Source of the DNA: an uncultured Candidatus Peribacteria bacterium
Lineage (GTDB): Bacteria > Patescibacteriota > Gracilibacteria > Absconditabacterales > Absconditicoccaceae
Direction: 5' to 3'
Length of the DNA stretch: 64,000 nucleotides
Assembly (NCBI GenBank): GCA_964613015.1
Contig: CAZTFP010000002.1
Coordinates: forward strand, 1,737 to 65,736
The position numbers and the translations under genes are program-made. The notes beneath the pieces are model-generated. The model did no database searches, was not told where the DNA came from, and was given only the letters and a program-made list of their open reading frames with translations. Positions 33,664-44,877 of this stretch are shown piece by piece. Within the stretch, counting starts at the first letter, position 1, and every line of letters starts with the position of its first letter.

Positions 33664-34215
33664 ATGCATTTAGGCAGAGATATTGAACCATTTGTTGATC
33701 AGAAAAAGTGAGTCATCAACGTCGTCGTAGATATTCCAAAATGATCCAACAATAAATATGAATACGATGAAGCACGCTGATGTTTTAAACTTGATCGCGT
33801 TATCCACCATAGCATGTACTATCCTTGTGATTATGGATTTATTCCTCAGACCCTATCAAAAGATGGAGATCCTTGTGATGTATTTCTGTTGGTAACTAAC
33901 CCAACATTTCCTGGATGTATCGTCCAAGCCAGACCTATCGGTATCCTCTATACCACCGATAATGCTGGTGAAGATCCTAAAATCATCGCTGTCCCTATCA
34001 GCCAAATAGATCCTAGACGAGATGAAATAAATCATATCGATGATCTCGGACAACATATGAAAAAAGAAATGCTTATGTTCTTCAAGGAAATCAAACTTCT
34101 TGAACATGAAAAATATGATATGGTTGAGGTACATGGCTTTGGAAGTGTTCTTGAAGCACAAGAAGAAGTCATTACTGCAGCACAAAGATTTCAAGACAAC
34201 GAACATCACGCATAA
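33664..34215 (+). CDS. ppa: inorganic pyrophosphatase (family I)
   Basis: ...NKYEYDEA...YPCDYGFIPQTLSKDGDPCDVFLL. Extends track ORF 33814-34215 upstream to ATG 33664. Confidence 0.93.
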
Positions 34216-34222
34216 AAAAAAT

Positions 34223-34246
34223 CCTGCAGTAGTGCAGGTTTTTTTT
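34223..34246. terminator. bidirectional rho-independent terminator
   Basis: aaaaaaaa-CCTGCA-gtag-TGCAGG-tttttttt. Confidence 0.7.
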
Positions 34247-34517
34247 ATTGCTTGGTTGTATATCCTTTTCCGAAAAGCTGTTGGAAAATATCTGATATAT
34301 CTCTAGGGTTTTTCTTGTCGGTAATTTTGTACGTTTGAAAAAGTGAAGGGTTGTAATATCTCGTATATGCGGTATAGAAATCTTTTATATGTATTTTGAT
34401 CCCCTTACTCGTAAAAGTATCCACCTTATGTTTCTTGATGATTTTTCTGACAACCGGTAGGGTGATTCAGAACACGTCTGCAATCTCTTCGGGTGAGCGA
34501 TATGACTTGATCATCAT
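34245..34517 (-). CDS. small HTH-like protein (90 aa), hypothetical
   Basis: MMIKSYRSPEEIADVF(G)ITLPVVRKIIKKHKV.... Open only with TGA=Gly. 273 nt from ATG to TAA. Confidence 0.4.
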
Positions 34518-34634
34518 CAATCATGAAGTACAAATAAATAGCTATGAAGTACTTTATAGAAGCACGATTGTTTTGCAATAAAAAAAATCCCCCGATTATA
34601 CTCGGAGGACAACAATTTCATTGTTCACTATATA

Positions 34635-35030
34635 TTATTTGAAATATCTTTCAGCATCTACAGAGAAACTCATTAAGATGATTTTGATCTCATCAATTTC
34701 ATTTTTCAAAAGTTGTTCTTTTTCAACATCTCTTGGAAAATGTTCTGCTACAATACCTTTCATGTTTCCATTCATGGTTTTGTATACCTCTGTCTTGGAA
34801 AATAAAAATTCAGATTCTGTTATATAACATGCTACGGAACGATCAACATCCGAATCCCATATTAATACAGGTTTTCCTTCGTACGATTTTCCTATACGCA
34901 GAGATTTTTCTGCAGGAAATAGTCGAATTTTTTCTATTAATTTTCTTTCTCTTTCAGATAGTGAACTCTCAAGCACACTGAAATAGTTGAACTTGAAAAA
35001 TGCTACTAAAATTTCTTGTGTAATGGACAT
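34635..35030 (-). CDS. hypothetical protein (131 aa)
   Basis: Track ORF, uninterrupted under the standard code. Confidence 0.6.
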   Translation of the reverse strand: MSITQEILVAFFKFNYFSVLESSLSERERKLIEKIRLFPAEKSLRIGKSYEGKPVLIWDSDVDRSVACYITESEFLFSKTEVYKTMNGNMKGIVAEHFPRDVEKEQLLKNEIDEIKIILMSFSVDAERYFK

Positions 35031-35052
35031 TCTTTTTTACTTTTGTTTTTTA

Positions 35053-35559
35053 CTAACGATACTTTTGTAATAATTCATATAGGTAATGGCCTTTTTTGAA
35101 GATTTGTTTTGGTAATACACCACCATCCTTACGAATCTGTTTGATGATTTTTGCAATCGATATATCGGTGACACCCGATAAAATAATAATACCTACTGTC
35201 ACATCTTCCTCGGCTTTGAGACCGGAAACTGATACATGTATTTCATTATCATCAATATAGATACTTACACAACCCTGATAGTGGAGCGAATCTACGTCTT
35301 CACTATCACCAGATGTTTTATCAGAGTTAGACTCTGTCCTTACTGATTTTTCTACCGCAAAGAAGCGAGCTGCCTCAGATGGTTCCTTGATGGGCACCAT
35401 TACCAAATTTCTACTTCTCAATACTCTACCAAGGATTTGGATACCAGTACGTTCTTTGTCGTCAGGACGGATATCCTTTGGAAGTCCAGTAATGTAATCG
35501 AAAAGCTGGTTGCCGAGAGTTTCGATAAATTTGCGTTGTTCATTAAAATTTACATTCAT
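35053..35559 (-). CDS. hypothetical protein (168 aa)
   Basis: Track ORF, uninterrupted. 12 Gly codons, all GGN. Arg codons are CGT, CGC, AGA or AGG only. TAG stop. Confidence 0.65.
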   Translation of the reverse strand: MNVNFNEQRKFIETLGNQLFDYITGLPKDIRPDDKERTGIQILGRVLRSRNLVMVPIKEPSEAARFFAVEKSVRTESNSDKTSGDSEDVDSLHYQGCVSIYIDDNEIHVSVSGLKAEEDVTVGIIILSGVTDISIAKIIKQIRKDGGVLPKQIFKKGHYLYELLQKYR

Positions 35560-35735
35560 ACAATTGAATTCTTTTTATTATTTTGTTATTATTTTTTTAA
35601 TTGGTTTTTCTTATATATATTTCCTATACAATGTCAATCTTTAGATCTTTCCTTATTATAAAAAAAACGCTTAAATTAGCACGCAGAGTATTTAGTTTGC
35701 TTTCAAACGTTTTTTTCTAGTATACTATTTTATAC

Positions 35736-35948
35736 TTATTTGGATTTTTTCAATGGACACGTAGTGATGCCGAATAGTGTATATGCACCACAAAACCCTA
35801 TGATACTGGTAAGCAATGAAAGTATTCCTATGACGAGCAAGATGATACCCAAAGTTCAGGTCACCATGTGAGTCAGATAGAGTGCCGCTAAAATGAGAAA
35901 CACCACTACTCTAACGATTCTGTCTGTTGTCCCGATGTTTGTTTTCAT
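35736..35948 (-). CDS. DUF2892 (YgaP C-terminal-like) small membrane protein
   Basis: MKTNIGTTDRIVRVVVFLILAAL...FCGAYTLFGITTCPLKK. 71 codons counted. Confidence 0.7.
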
Positions 35949-36040
35949 AATTAAATAAATAAGGGGCTAAAAAATATACCGTATTTTTAACCATATAACA
36001 TACTAATACAAGATAAGCCAAAGAATACTACATTTTCTAT

Positions 36041-36433
36041 TTATGCTTTTATTTCTTCAAATTCTTGCAGCACGCTTCTCATATGTATTTGTAGCTCTTT
36101 TATTTTGTATGCTGGCAACGATATGCCAAGTTTACCGAAACCAGTATATGTTTGTGAAACAAGCCATTGTCTAATTTGGAAACTTTTGATGCCTCTAAAT
36201 TCACTCAAAAAAACCTTATATATTTCTGATCATTTTTTTACGAATCAATATTCTTTGAATACATAATTTCCTGCATCGATAGATTGAACGATAACGTTGA
36301 GCTGTTTTGTTTCTGCGTAATTTAAGGTTACTAATGAAGCGTCTTTTGAAATACAAACACAGCGTTCTCATTTTACTGTTTTGACTTCTATAGCTACATA
36401 ACTACTGCCTACGGTTTGTATTTTATGAATCAT
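36041..36433 (-). CDS. hypothetical protein (130 aa); weak PC4/YdbC-like resemblance
   Basis: 393 nt from ATG to TAA with three TGA codons. ...FRGIKSFQIRQW...GKLGISLPAYKIKEL. Confidence 0.5.
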
Positions 36434-36465
36434 GGGTATAATAAAAAATTGAAAAGTGGATTATT

Positions 36466-36531
36466 GTCATTCTGAATCTAATGAAGAATATGAGTAATAT
36501 TACTAGATTCTTCGACTATGCTCAGAATGAC
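36466..36531. repeat. bipartite palindrome
   Basis: gtcattctga (36466-75) pairs with tcagaatgac (36522-31). gaagaat (36483-89) pairs with attcttc (36507-13). Confidence 0.65.
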
Positions 36532-36591
36532 AGAGGCATTCAAAATTACAGAGGGTGGAGAGTTGAAAAATTGAGAAGTTGAGAGTTTGGA

Positions 36592-38025
36592 TTATTCAAA
36601 ATGGTGGAGGTAGTCAGTTAGTTCTTTGAGGGAAATAGAAGACGTAGTAGGTATGGTCTGAATGAAAATTTTGATGGATGGATGAAAAAAAAGATGTCTT
36701 TTTTCTATTTTATTGAGTAATGTTATACCAGAGAGTGTCTTAGATCTACTCAATGCAGTATATGCTTGACCACCAGTAAATGTATTGCACAAATCTAGAT
36801 TGCAAGCATCAAACGTCATCCCTTGTGATTTGTGAACGGTAATAGCGTAGGCTAATTTGAGAGGAAATTGGTCGTAAGTTCCCAATATATTTTCAGTTAT
36901 TTTTCATTTACTGGAAACCGTAATTTCTTTGTTAGCTCGTGATTCTGAGGTAACCATAATCACCTCACCACCTATCTCTACATCTACATAGTCTTCTCAT
37001 AAATTTTGGATTGTTCCCATGGATCCATTAATCCATTTTCAGAATGCATCATTGGTCACCATCATCACCTTTGCTCCCTTTTTCAGTTTCAAAATATTGT
37101 CCGTCTTCTTCATGGAATCCGGAAAATATCAGTCCGTCAGTCATTCATAAAGATATTCTTGTCCTGGGAGTTCTTGAATTTTTTTATGATTTGTTTCGTC
37201 TACTTTGCCTCTATGGGTAGATAATAAAATCGTATCTTTGGCTGCTTGACCTATCTGCTTGTTGAGCAAAGCGATATGGGATTCAGATATTGTTTCGTTT
37301 CTAATCGCATCGAGAATATCTCAGAAAAATATATCATCCCCTTGTCTATAATTTTTTTTGAGTTCTATCGTAGTATAGTTGAATTTTTTTTTGAATGTTT
37401 TGGAATCAAAAAACCATTCGCTATCATATTCTCCGCTAAATTTTTGTCTCCACTCTTGGGTGCTTACCGGTGGTAACTGAAAGACATCTCATACGAATAT
37501 CACTGGTTTACCTCAAAATGGTTTTTTGATAAGCGCTTCATCTCCTACATCTTTGGCAAGATAATATTTCATCAATAGATTTATACAATCGAGAGTATTT
37601 GAATTGACCATTCCGATTTCATCGATAACAACAAATGGCACATTGATCAGTGTCTGTATTTTGGATTTTTTTAATTTATATTTTTTATTTTTTTTGTCGA
37701 CGAGATATGGTTTGATTTCTTTGGGAAACACATTTTCTATGCCTAAAGAAAAAAATGAGTGCACGGTTTGTCATCAAATATTGAGTGCTGATATCCCTGT
37801 AGATCATAGCACCAACGGTGATTTTCCTATCTCTTTACAAAATTCTATAATATCTTTTATAAGTGTAGATTTTCCTGTCCCCGCTTTGCCCGTCAAAAAA
37901 CAACAATCATCTGTTTCATCAAGCGTTTTCAAAAAATACATAGCGTCTGCGTTATCTTTTCGTTTATCCAAAAGTTCTTTGTACGTATCTTTATATTCAT
38001 CTGCTAAATCTTTTATATGGAGCAT
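36592..38025 (-). CDS. Pif1/RecD-like SF1B DNA helicase
   Basis: Track ORFs 37804-38025, 37513-37764 and 36592-36885 share one frame. GKAGTGKST, VVIDEIGMV, YAITVHKSQGMTFD. Confidence 0.88.
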
Positions 38026-38153
38026 TGTATCAGGCTAAATAAAATTCATGTGCGTACACTATAGGTATCTTTTGATCTATTTCAATAGCTTTGTCAAAAA
38101 TAAATTTGACAATCCATATAGTGAAACATACTGTACACGTATCAATAAAAAAA

Positions 38154-38564
38154 TTAATTTTTTATATGTTGCCCATTGAGTATTTCTAATAGTCTTACTG
38201 AAAAAACTTCTTTGTTTATTGGTCTTATAATAACATCATTAAATACATTTTCTGTATCAATATATCTATCAGCAGCAGTGAATCCAATTATTGGTATTTT
38301 GGATGTTTTAGGATTAGATTTTATTATTTTTGATGCTTCTGATCAGTTTATTCATGGTAAATTTACATCCATAAGAATAAGATCAAAAAGAGCTTGTGTT
38401 GATTTTTCTACCGCGTCTAATCAGTCAATAGCTACAACAATATTTTCTCCCTTGATTCCAGTTCTTTTAAGGTATATTTTCGTTAGTTGTACATTTATTT
38501 CTGTATCATCAACGACTAATATTTTTTTATCACGCATTCAATTGTTCTTTTCTTGCTGGTTCAT
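38154..38564 (-). CDS. stand-alone response-regulator receiver domain (CheY-like)
   Basis: KKILVVDDTEIN...DLILMDVNLP(G)IN(G)SEA...IPIIGFTA. Alternative start at 38537. The plus-strand track ORF 38176-38586 is antisense to it. Confidence 0.8.
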
Positions 38565-38938
38565 GATATTTTCCTCTACTCTATAAAAATAATAGTTTAT
38601 GCAATATAGAGAATGCAATATAAAAAGCAAACAATAATTGACATTTTATATAAAATATTTTTAACTTTTACCGTCTAATTTTTTATTTAAAAAAAATTAT
38701 AAAAAACTCATGAACTTAAAACATACTTATTATAGATCTCTTTATCTTTTTTCTAGTACATTTTTTTGCCTCGCTCAATACCATTTTAGTATCAGTATTT
38801 CATCATCTTCTGCTTCTTCTTCATCATCAAACTCCTTATCATCATCCTCATCATCGTCGTCATTTTCTTTTTCATTATATATGGTGTAGCGTATTTTTTC
38901 GTATTCCTGTGAAAAAATCATGGAGATAAGAATAAATT

Positions 38939-39667
38939 TTAAATATCTTTTTTCATTGCTTGTACTTTTAAATTTTTTGGCATTTTTTCTATTGAATATC
39001 TCAAAGCCGTCCTGGGCATGATTGCTTTATGTTTCATAACATAGGCAAAGACTTCTTGCGGATGTGCTTGGCTGGTGACCTTGAGTAATCGACCATATCC
39101 TTTCTGTACTATATCATCCTCATCTATAAGTAAACTATCTGCGATCTGAAATATATCGGCTAAAAATTTTCCTTTTTTTGCGGGAATGATAAGACTCACT
39201 GCTGCAGCTCTTTTGACTCGTCTATTGGATGACTTCGTCCGCTGTTTCAGCTGAACAATAATGTTTGGATACTGCTCTATAAATTCACCCACGGTGTGAT
39301 TACAAAACGTATCGCACTTGGCTCGATTGTTGATATATTTTTCTATTCGTCCTGTGAATATGATAAAGTCTTCTGGTGTGAATTGTTTTTTAAGTTGGTA
39401 TGTCCAGTTGGATGCGATGAATGATTCCTCACAATAATCGGATTTGAATAATTGGTCGCAGAGTCAGAAGATAGTTTTTTTATCTAAATCCTTGATCTGT
39501 TTCCATTGCTCTTTGGCAAGTGTTTGGACGGTAGCGCTGGGAATACCATATACCTTCACGGGCTCCTTGAAAAAATGCATGGCACTTTCCTGGACTTTAG
39601 AATTGCTGAGTTGGGTAAGTTGATTGCGAAGATTTCTAAGAAATGTTTTGGGAGTAAACATGATCAT
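38939..39667 (-). CDS. DNA alkylation repair protein (AlkD-like HEAT repeat)
   Basis: Track ORFs 39464-39667 and 38939-39292 share one frame. KGYG(W)LLK with CGA 39089-39091. NN(W)AKCDTFC. Confidence 0.85.
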
Positions 39668-39686
39668 ACCAATATAAAAACACTGA

Positions 39687-41000
39687 TTATATATTTTCTA
39701 TCTTTCCTAGATACCTCGCTGCATAATAAATGATCATAGATTGTAATCCTAGATATACCAATACGAGGAAGAAAACTAACTGTCCAGAAAGTTGAGTCCT
39801 CATAAGCAATATCACATTGATAATCATCGCACCGATACTCGCTACTATCCGATACATATAATCTGTCCTAGTAAAAATTTTGGCTAACATAGGCACTCTG
39901 TGTGCGTAAAAAATCATCGACGAACTCACGATATTTCGGATTATTCCTCGGCTAACTACTGAACCCACATCACCATTGAAGTACGAGAATAAACTCACAT
40001 AAATAGCGAAATTGATCACGAGGAAGACAACGAGATTTTGTACAACACTATTGTATCCTACTTTTTTGAGGAGCAATACATTAGTGATAAAGGTAGCTAT
40101 TACTGCTCGATAGAGCAAGTGATTTACTACTGCAAAGTTTCCTACATGCGTGATATAGTAAATAATGAGCACTGCAATCAGAATAACGTTGAAAATTTCA
40201 AGGAGTTGTTTTGTCCAACTTGGCATCGCAACAAAAAAGCCGTGCAAGATTTCCATCGTCTTGGAATTATAATATGGACTCTTGGGCGCAGTCATCCTCT
40301 CACCTGCAAGGACGCGTCTCAAAGAGATATCTTTCTTTTTTTCTGCTGATTGTGGTTTAAACTTGAATACCTTATAGACAAGATAAAATATTCCCGTCAG
40401 AAGCAAACTATTTATCGTCAACGCTAAATATATATTTTTTATCTGATCAAACATGATGAGAAAAATTGTTCACAACGAAAGAACTCCCAATGTATATCGC
40501 ATATATTTTTCTACCTCTTCTTGTAACCCGACAATGAAGATGAAAAAAGCAATAATCCCGAGATGCAATATTCGAAGCATAGAAAACACTTTAAATAAGA
40601 GTATCCATCATCAGAGTGCAAATGCTATGATAAGTAATAAAGTGATACAGAAATAGAAACCGAGCTGGAAGACAGATTTTCCATCTTGATATTTAGCTAG
40701 GTATGATATAACTCGGAGCAAGAGATTGAGAGAAAGTAATCCTACTACGATATTGATCAAATCCATACTGAAGTAATTGAGTACGCCAACAAGACCAGCA
40801 AGAATAATGGTTCGCGCCACGTATAAAGAATATTTTTGGAGTACTTCAGATCATTTCACTTTGATCGTTTTCGTTGCTCCGTAATATCAGAAAAAAAATC
40901 AAAGAAAGATCAATGGTATAAAAGCCAAATATCGTAATCCTATGCCGTAAAAGAAGAGTACGAAACCAAGAATCACTGTGGAGAAAAGAAGTAAAGCCAT
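39687..41000 (-). CDS. polytopic membrane protein (437 aa), hypothetical
   Basis: Track ORFs 40611-40820 and 39687-40454 lie in one frame with ATG 41000. All TGA codons are in the N-terminal 180 aa, so it could be two genes. Confidence 0.55.
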
Positions 41001-41062
41001 GTATACTGAGTTGGTGAGTAAAATGTTTTTTTTGTGGTTATGGAGGGATTTGATTATGTTCA

Positions 41063-42208
41063 CTATAATGCGAAATTAGTAGTCACTAGCCGCATCAACA
41101 GATAATGAAAGAGTATCGCAAATAATAGTATCAAGAGTAATCTGCCGATAGATTTATTTCTTACTTGTCTAGCGACAAAGAGAACAAATCATCGGATTCC
41201 TATACTGATGAGAGAAAACGATAGTCCAAATCTACTAGTAGAGAAGAGATAGCGTTCATTGGCAATCGTATATACACCAAGTAATGTCACCACGATAAGC
41301 AGAATAAATTCCGTAATATCATAAAAACTATAGAGTATTCATCCAAAGTTAGTGAGTTTATAGCGCATATCTTTTTGGAGAAATTTCCAAAATATAGCTG
41401 ATAAACCGAAGATCGCATAATCTTGATGTTTGACAGCTATCGTGGCATGGAGCGATTTGAGAATTTTTATATTTTCCAACCTATCTAACTCTTGATCTAT
41501 ATCTATAGTAGTGATTAATGTATCGGACGCGATCGTAGCTTCAGGATTTTGCATACTCATATACCACACAGCATTGATCTTTTCTATCCAGATAAGAATA
41601 TCTTTGATGGTGCCTCTGATCTTCTCAAAATTGGTCCCCATACGATCTTTTCTGAGCTCTTCCGTAAGCTCCTGAATCTTTTTCATATCTTGGATAGAAA
41701 TTGTACCTGCTGATCTTTTGGTTGTTTCGTCTATTTTTTCAAATATTCTGATAATAATTTTTTTTGCTGACTGTAGATTTGCATCCGCATATACTTTCTT
41801 TTCTTGATCCTCTTTTTTTTGGATTTGCTCTTTGACTTTGGCTTTTTTTTCTTCTGCTGCAGCTCTTGCTGCAGTGATAATTCCAGTCATTTCCTTATTG
41901 GATATAGGTGCACTATAACTATTTATATAGACAATATCAAATCATATAAACGAGAAAAAAAAACATGCTTCTTGGATGCTTTTATATTTGGTGACAATAT
42001 CTATTTCTTGGAAATTGAGTTTAATAGTGAAATAGATATCTCCAAACGTTTTCTTATCCTGAGAAAATTCTTTGAGAGAAAGAATGAGAATTTTTCTTTG
42101 TTCGAGAATTTTTCTAGCAAGTAATGGAGCATCTACGCAGACCAATATCTCGACTGTATGTTTGTCATTTTTCTCTTGTTTGATACCATTTACACTGAAT
42201 GTCATCAC
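41063..42208 (-). CDS. hypothetical protein, coiled-coil N-terminal part plus C-terminal TM segments (381 aa)
   Basis: Track ORFs 41942-42208 and 41339-41890 are in frame and continue to TAG (complement of 41063-41065). Confidence 0.55.
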
Positions 42209-42488
42209 AAAAATATTAGGTAAAAAGCCATAACTTCTGCTGACTTTATGCTTTTATATTGAAATTTCAAAAAAAATCAATATAAGTCCCCTGTTAAAAC
42301 AACCAATTTACTCATAATCATATGTACAATTTCTAAACAAAAAAACTAATTTACCCATAGACACTCAAAGGACGGAAAACTACCCAAGTCCTTTTTTCTT
42401 CTACTACTTTAGAGTAACCATAAACCAATCCTCCATCTGCATCGGCGGATACCTCCTCCTTTATCAAGGATGTCATCCGTTGCTAAAG

Positions 42489-42527
42489 TCCCCCTTGACT
42501 CGTCCACGAATGTGAATAAAAGGGGGA
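42489..42527. repeat. GC-rich hairpin
   Basis: tccccctt (42489-96) pairs with aaggggga (42520-27). 23-nt loop. Confidence 0.5.
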
Positions 42528-42571
42528 TTTAAAAAAGACTAAATAGCTTTATCGCTAATTTACAAAAAACT

Positions 42572-43546
42572 ATGAAAAAGCTCTTCCGAATTCCTATTAT
42601 CATTATCTTATTTTTGGGTGGTGGTTTTCTTTATGTAGTGAAAAATCCTACATTACCAATTGCTCAAAAAATCCTGACAACATTATGAATATCAACGACA
42701 ATATCTAAACAGTGAACAAAAATAGACATAACAAATTGTGCAAGTTACTTTGATGGGTGTAATACGTGTATGGTCTCTGGATGAGTTATCGGTGGATGTA
42801 CGAGAATGTATTGCGAACAAACAACTCAGCCGAAATGTTTGGAATATGTAGCTACTGGAACAGCTGCATCATGAGCAATAGATTTAACGAATTGTGTAAG
42901 TTATTTTGATGGGTGTAATAATTGCAGTGTCAAAGATGGAAAACCTGATGCATGTACCTTGATGTACTGCGAAACTCCAGGGACACCGAAATGTAATCAA
43001 TATAAAACTGGAACTATAGAACAAAGCACGGGGAATGGAAATCAATGAACAAATACCAGTGTTGGTATAGCAAATCCTGCATCTACTAATTGTATAAACA
43101 ACTGATGAACACTAAATATTGTTACCTCATCAGATGGTGGACAAGTGGGCATGTGTACTTTGAAAAATTGAACCCTATGTGAAGAACGAGCATTTATGAG
43201 AGGTGAATGTTGAAATAAAAATACTGGAGCTGGAACGAGTCCAGGTAATCCATGATCAAGTCCAGACAACCAACCGATAGCATGTTCAATGATCGCTAAA
43301 TTATGTCCAGATGGAAGTTCTGTCAGTAGATCATGACCCAACTGTGAATTCGCTCCATGTCCATGAGAATGAACCGTATGTACACAAGAATATGCACCCG
43401 TCTGTGCTAGCGTTATAGTAGATGTAGAATGCATCAAGGCTCCATGTCCTTCTCAAAAAATGGAACAAACATTTGGAAACAAATGTATGATGAACGCAAA
43501 TAAATCAGCGACATTTTTACATAACGGCGAATGCGCTGCTAAATAA
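42572..43546 (+). CDS. secreted Cys-rich protein: two NC.SYFDGCN.C repeats plus DUF333 plus Kazal-like domain
   Basis: Frame 2 was walked for 42602-43546. ANPASTNCINN(G)(G)TL...CEE(W)AFMRGEC is the DUF333 signature. CTQEYAPVCAS...FGNKCMMNANKSATFLHNGEC is Kazal-like. Confidence 0.8.
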
Positions 43547-43548
43547 TT

Positions 43549-43650
43549 AATAGTGAAAAACTAATAACGAATAAATTATTCACATATAAACTACTATAAC
43601 ATACGATAGTTCATAAGAATACACATACCAATACTATTCACTTTTCACTA
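43549..43650. repeat. palindromic intergenic repeat element, copy B
   Basis: atagtgaaaaactaataacg ... aaactactataacatacgatagtt ... actattcacttttcacta. Confidence 0.7.
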
Positions 43651-43674
43651 AAATTTTACCTTTTTATTTGTTTT

Positions 43675-44841
43675 ATGAAAAAATTTCTTCGAATTTCATG
43701 AACCATTATTGTCCTCGCTTGAGCATTTTTGGTAATTCTAAAGACAACAACTCGATTTACTCCAGCACAACCAGCAACAACTTTAGCAAATCCAGCGTCC
43801 GTTTATTGTCAACAGCAAAGTGGAACACTAGAAATTGTTACAGACACAAGTGGCGCACAATCGTGAATATGTCATTTAAGTGGTTGAGTGGATTGTGAAG
43901 AACGAGCATATATGAGAGGTGAATGTCCTAGTACAGGTACTATTGTTGTATCGACAGGCAACCAGTGACAATATCTCTTGGTATTTATGCAAAAAGACAC
44001 TGAAAATGGTCTTACGATATATGGAGATGTCTATGATAAAGATAATCTTAGTAATCCTATTCGTTCCTTCAATTTACCCGATTCAGATACGCTTATTCAG
44101 AATAAGTTTGATAATCACATGATAGGATATTTCAATTCGAAATGAGAGTATTATCTTCTTACAGATGCTCCTGGTGGATATATACAACATCTTTATAAGA
44201 TACCAGTAAGCTGAACGATAGAACAAATATCAGTCACATGACCAGATTCGATATCTGGCTCTGAAATATGAATAGGATCACCAGCTTTTATAGATCAGGA
44301 AAATCTCAAGATAGCATATGTTGTAGATAATTCATATACCACTGGAGAAAACGATAATGTAATATCACAGAAACTAGCAATATATGATATACCAACAAAA
44401 AAAGCCACCATTACCTCCTATGATACACAAAATATAAAAAGAAAAGTAACAGCAACCAAGCAACCTCTTCTTTATCCTGATTATGATATACAGCGATTTG
44501 ATAATTTTAAAGGTTGAATAGTTGAGTTTGATGTAGATCATGATGGTGTCGATACTCAGACTTCGGATTATTTCACTACCTGTTTTGATACTAATAAAAG
44601 TATTGAATTGTCCTATGAAGCTTGTATCCAATTATTTCCTAAAAATAGAATATCTGCCATAAGTAATGACAAAGAAATTTATGATGATACTCCATCAAAT
44701 ATTCTCATAGATGGAAAAGATGTTTGAGTATTTACATGAATAATTTTTACTGATATTGTGTGAGATTCTGTATTGTGATATACTGATTCGGGATATAAAT
44801 TTTATAAATTAGATGATGTTCTGAATCATAATATCAAATAA
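43675..44841 (+). CDS. DUF333 domain-containing secreted protein (388 aa)
   Basis: Frame 1 was walked for 43681-44841. ANPASVYCQQQSGTLEIV...CEE(W)AYMRGEC. CGA 43903-43905. Confidence 0.75.
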
Positions 44842-44877
44842 GTAAATTTTCATACATTTTACTATTAAATTTTCCTC

